Part shown: positions 61,251-64,000 of the stretch, piece by piece
Layout: every line of letters begins with the position of its first letter
Numbering within the stretch: position 1 is the first letter of the stretch
DNA from: Mobula birostris
Lineage: Eukaryota
Direction: 5' to 3'
Assembly (NCBI RefSeq): GCF_030028105.1
Contig: NC_092378.1
Coordinates: 80,674,134 to 80,738,133 of the forward strand
DNA: 64,000 nt
Notes under the pieces: model-generated
Seen by the model: only the letters and a program-made list of their open reading frames with translations
The model's database searches: none
Told to the model about the DNA's origin: nothing
Position numbers and translations under genes: made by a program

Positions 61251-61739
61251 TTGTAGCCTGTAACTTTCTTTTAAGAAAAAAACTTATTGAACATATAACA
61301 AAGTAAAATGGCAGGCATTGAGTTGACTTTTCATAATAAAATTGGCATTCCACCTTCATGATGTGATAAACAATGAGAAGATCTTGGGATAACTTGTTAT
61401 TAGTAATTCTACAATATGGCATTCCAGAAAACAGTGTTAAATCAGCACTGTATGGTGGTGTGGGGTAGGGGAGAGGGACAGATTACTTCATCGCTTACTC
61501 ATGCAAGAAAATCAAGGTGCCATGTGTAGAATAAAAAGCCTTGCACATTGTGTATGTATATAAAGATCTTTCATCAGTTAACTTTGTTATTGATGAAGGG
61601 TCTCAACCCAAAACGTCAATTCTTTAGTCCTTTCCATAGATGCTGCCTGACCTCATGTGTTCCTTCAGTATTTTTGTGTGTTTACTCTGGATTTTCTGCA
61701 TCTGCAGAATTTTCCTGTTTATAAGTTGTAGAGTCCTTG

Positions 61740-62150
61740 AAAATGAGCTTGTTAGTTGTGGAATCAGTTCAGTGTGAGATGAGTAAAGATAACCACATTG
61801 GTTCAGAATAATATCTATTACCAGTGGTTTTAGGATAACCATTGATGGTGTGGGACCAAAGGCTCCTGTATCTCCTGCCCAATGCAGCAGTGAGAAGAGA
61901 GCATGCCCTTGGTGATAGATGCTGCTTTCTGGTGGCAGCACTCCTTGTATAGTAGATGTGCACAATGGTGGAGAGGGCTTTGCCTGTGATGGACTGGGCT
62001 GTAGTCACTACTTTCTGCAGACTTGTCCATTCCTGGACATTGGTGTTGCCATACCAGACTGTGATGTAACCAGTTAGGATGCTCTCCACTGTATATCTAC
62101 AGAAATTTGTCAAAGTTTTAATGTGACATTTAGGAATGTACATTATGAAG
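61740..62150 (-). mobile_element. Degenerate Rex1/Babar-type LINE 3' fragment
   Basis: ORF 61769-62164 KTLTNFCRYTVESILTGYITVWYGN...LQKVVTTAQSITG. Confidence 0.78.
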
Positions 62151-63489
62151 GGTATAAAGTACATTCTACAGGAGCTTGCCTGATGGTTGTAGGGTAATCA
62201 TTGTTCCTCGACCTATTTGTATAGCGCAAGATCCTAAAATAATTGCTCCACCCAATATTACATGACATTTTATATACTAAAGATCAAAGGCCAATTCTAT
62301 ATTGACAATGTATCTACAATGTTTCTTTTGAATTACATATAAATTTCACATTTTCTTCTTCGCACCCCAACTCCAGACACCCAAAATGAATGTTAATCAG
62401 CACTCTCTGGTTTTTCGATTACCTGCTGTCAGCATCTCTGGGAACCTATTGTGCCAGAAGACCTTTTAAATTTCATCTTCAATCCACATTCAGGTCTAAA
62501 GTTTGCTGAAGTTAGTTGTTGACATTAATATTTTGCTATGCACCCTAAGTCCAGGATATACCCTAACTGTCCCTCCTTTTCGTCTCCCCGGATAAAAATA
62601 AATATGTTCCAGGAAAAGTTAAACCTTAAGGGGGATCTAATCAAAACGGGCAGCAAAAATGCCCTGTACTTCAGAATCCCTTCCTCAATTACTCTATGTT
62701 GATCGATATCTACATTATCATTCTTAACAGCTACCTACAAAATCTAAACAGAGATTGTTCCAGCAATTTGACTAACAGTCTTTACAATGCAGCTTCGTCA
62801 TTTCTATACCTGTTGCCTCCTTCTCTGCTAGTTGATTGCAGTTTAATCATATTCTTTATCTTCATCTCTTCCTCTTCTGATTGCTAAAACTCTAAAGTGG
62901 CTATGAATGGTTACTATCTTTCCAAGAGCACCAGCAAGGTAAATGTATCAGGCTCACAGGCCCTTTCATTGATGTGCAGGAGGGGTTGGGGTGGTCTGCA
63001 AGGACCTCTCGCTGGTGGCACGCCCTTCTGGACTGTCCATTCGATCACTGGCCCAACAATTGACAAAGTCCAGCTCATTTGTAATGACTCTCTATTCAGG
63101 CTGCGGTGACTGTGTTCAGTTGCTGTATGTCATTTCTTTCTCAGTCTGCTGTGACATAAAAGTTGTGGAACCTGACGTCTCTTGGATCTCTTGCCAACTA
63201 TTTCCCCAATATCTTTTCTGTTCCATGCTTATACAACTAATCATCTACCTTCAGCAACCAGCCTTTATTACAGAGCACTGTTACCATAACAATTTAACAT
63301 GCTATTCATGGCTTTCTCTCGCGCTCTCTCAGTATCCTTTGCCTTCGTGTTTGCTGTGGGTTTGCTTCCATCAACTGCGGTCAGGTCTGGTGTAGCCAAC
63401 TGGTGTTCATCTCTTAGGTTCTCTGTAATTACACAGTCACTGGGCCCACCTGATACACTGGACTGTGTGTGGGGTAACAAGAAGGTGAG

Positions 63490-64000
63490 TTGTACACTTT
63501 AACCTGAGTGCAGGGTTTCCACTGGCTACCTCTCCAAGTCTGCACACAGACATAAATGCCATTTGTCAAAAGTGCCATCTGTGGTCTTAATCATCAGGAA
63601 GCAAACCCCAACTTTTCAGGAAGTTCCCTCACAATGACTTGGTCACCCAGCTCTGGGAGGGCTATCTCCTTTCCCTCTGACTCTCTCTGATCAGGGGATG
63701 TGCCGCTGTTGTTTTGCTCAATCCTTCAACATTTTAAGTTGTTTACAAAGGTCCTTCACAAATTGGCAGTTGTAGTTTCTTTTTGTCTTTCTGCTGCCCT
63801 TGCACTGATGTCAACCCACTCATTCCCTTTCTACTCCTTTCTATCCCCTTTCTAGTGAGCCTTTACTTTAATCTCTACTCCCTCCTTCAGCAACTGCACT
63901 ACTTCTGACAGCTCATGACTGTGACATGATTCCCATACATTGCCCTGTCTTTTCTCCCTGCTTGGGCTGCTCTCTCTTTGTGGGCCATGTTAGCTGCTTT
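63490..64000 (-). mobile_element. Retrovirus-like pol remnant (RNase H end and integrase C-terminus)
   Basis: Minus strand 63872-63792 reads IKVKAH*KGDRKE*KGNEWVDISARAA. Downstream, across frameshifts, GDQVIVRE...ALLTN and WKPCTQVK resemble the retroviral integrase C-terminal domain. Confidence 0.55.

Overview
Eukaryotic, repeat-dense, apparently intergenic or intronic DNA. The repeat mix (CR1 LINEs with (TTCTATG)n tails, Penelope GIY-YIG elements, Rex1/Babar, Tc1, Tigger) suggests a cartilaginous fish, probably a ray; this is inference. No host exon, tRNA or rRNA could be supported, and every recognisable ORF is transposon-derived. A ~15 kb C-rich 32-bp satellite (18070-33337) dominates the window, with degenerate outlying units back to ~14570 that are broken up by hAT and LTR insertions. 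Best second-look items: (1) a predicted HDV-like ribozyme fold that starts exactly at the TSD-defined 5' end of a 408-bp RTE-type short retroelement (56466-56873); (2) minimal type I hammerhead motifs in Penelope pseudo-LTRs, intact at 662-699 with several decayed copies; (3) a hairpin/P-nucleotide scar at one end of a hAT element; (4) a hAT with a 6-bp TSD and an in-frame internally deleted transposase ORF; (5) a multi-template composite retro-insertion at 42808-44753; (6) Gypsy and retrovirus-like pol fossils. I cannot claim a verified new system. All calls were made by eye, and boundaries without a stated TSD or TIR are approximate.
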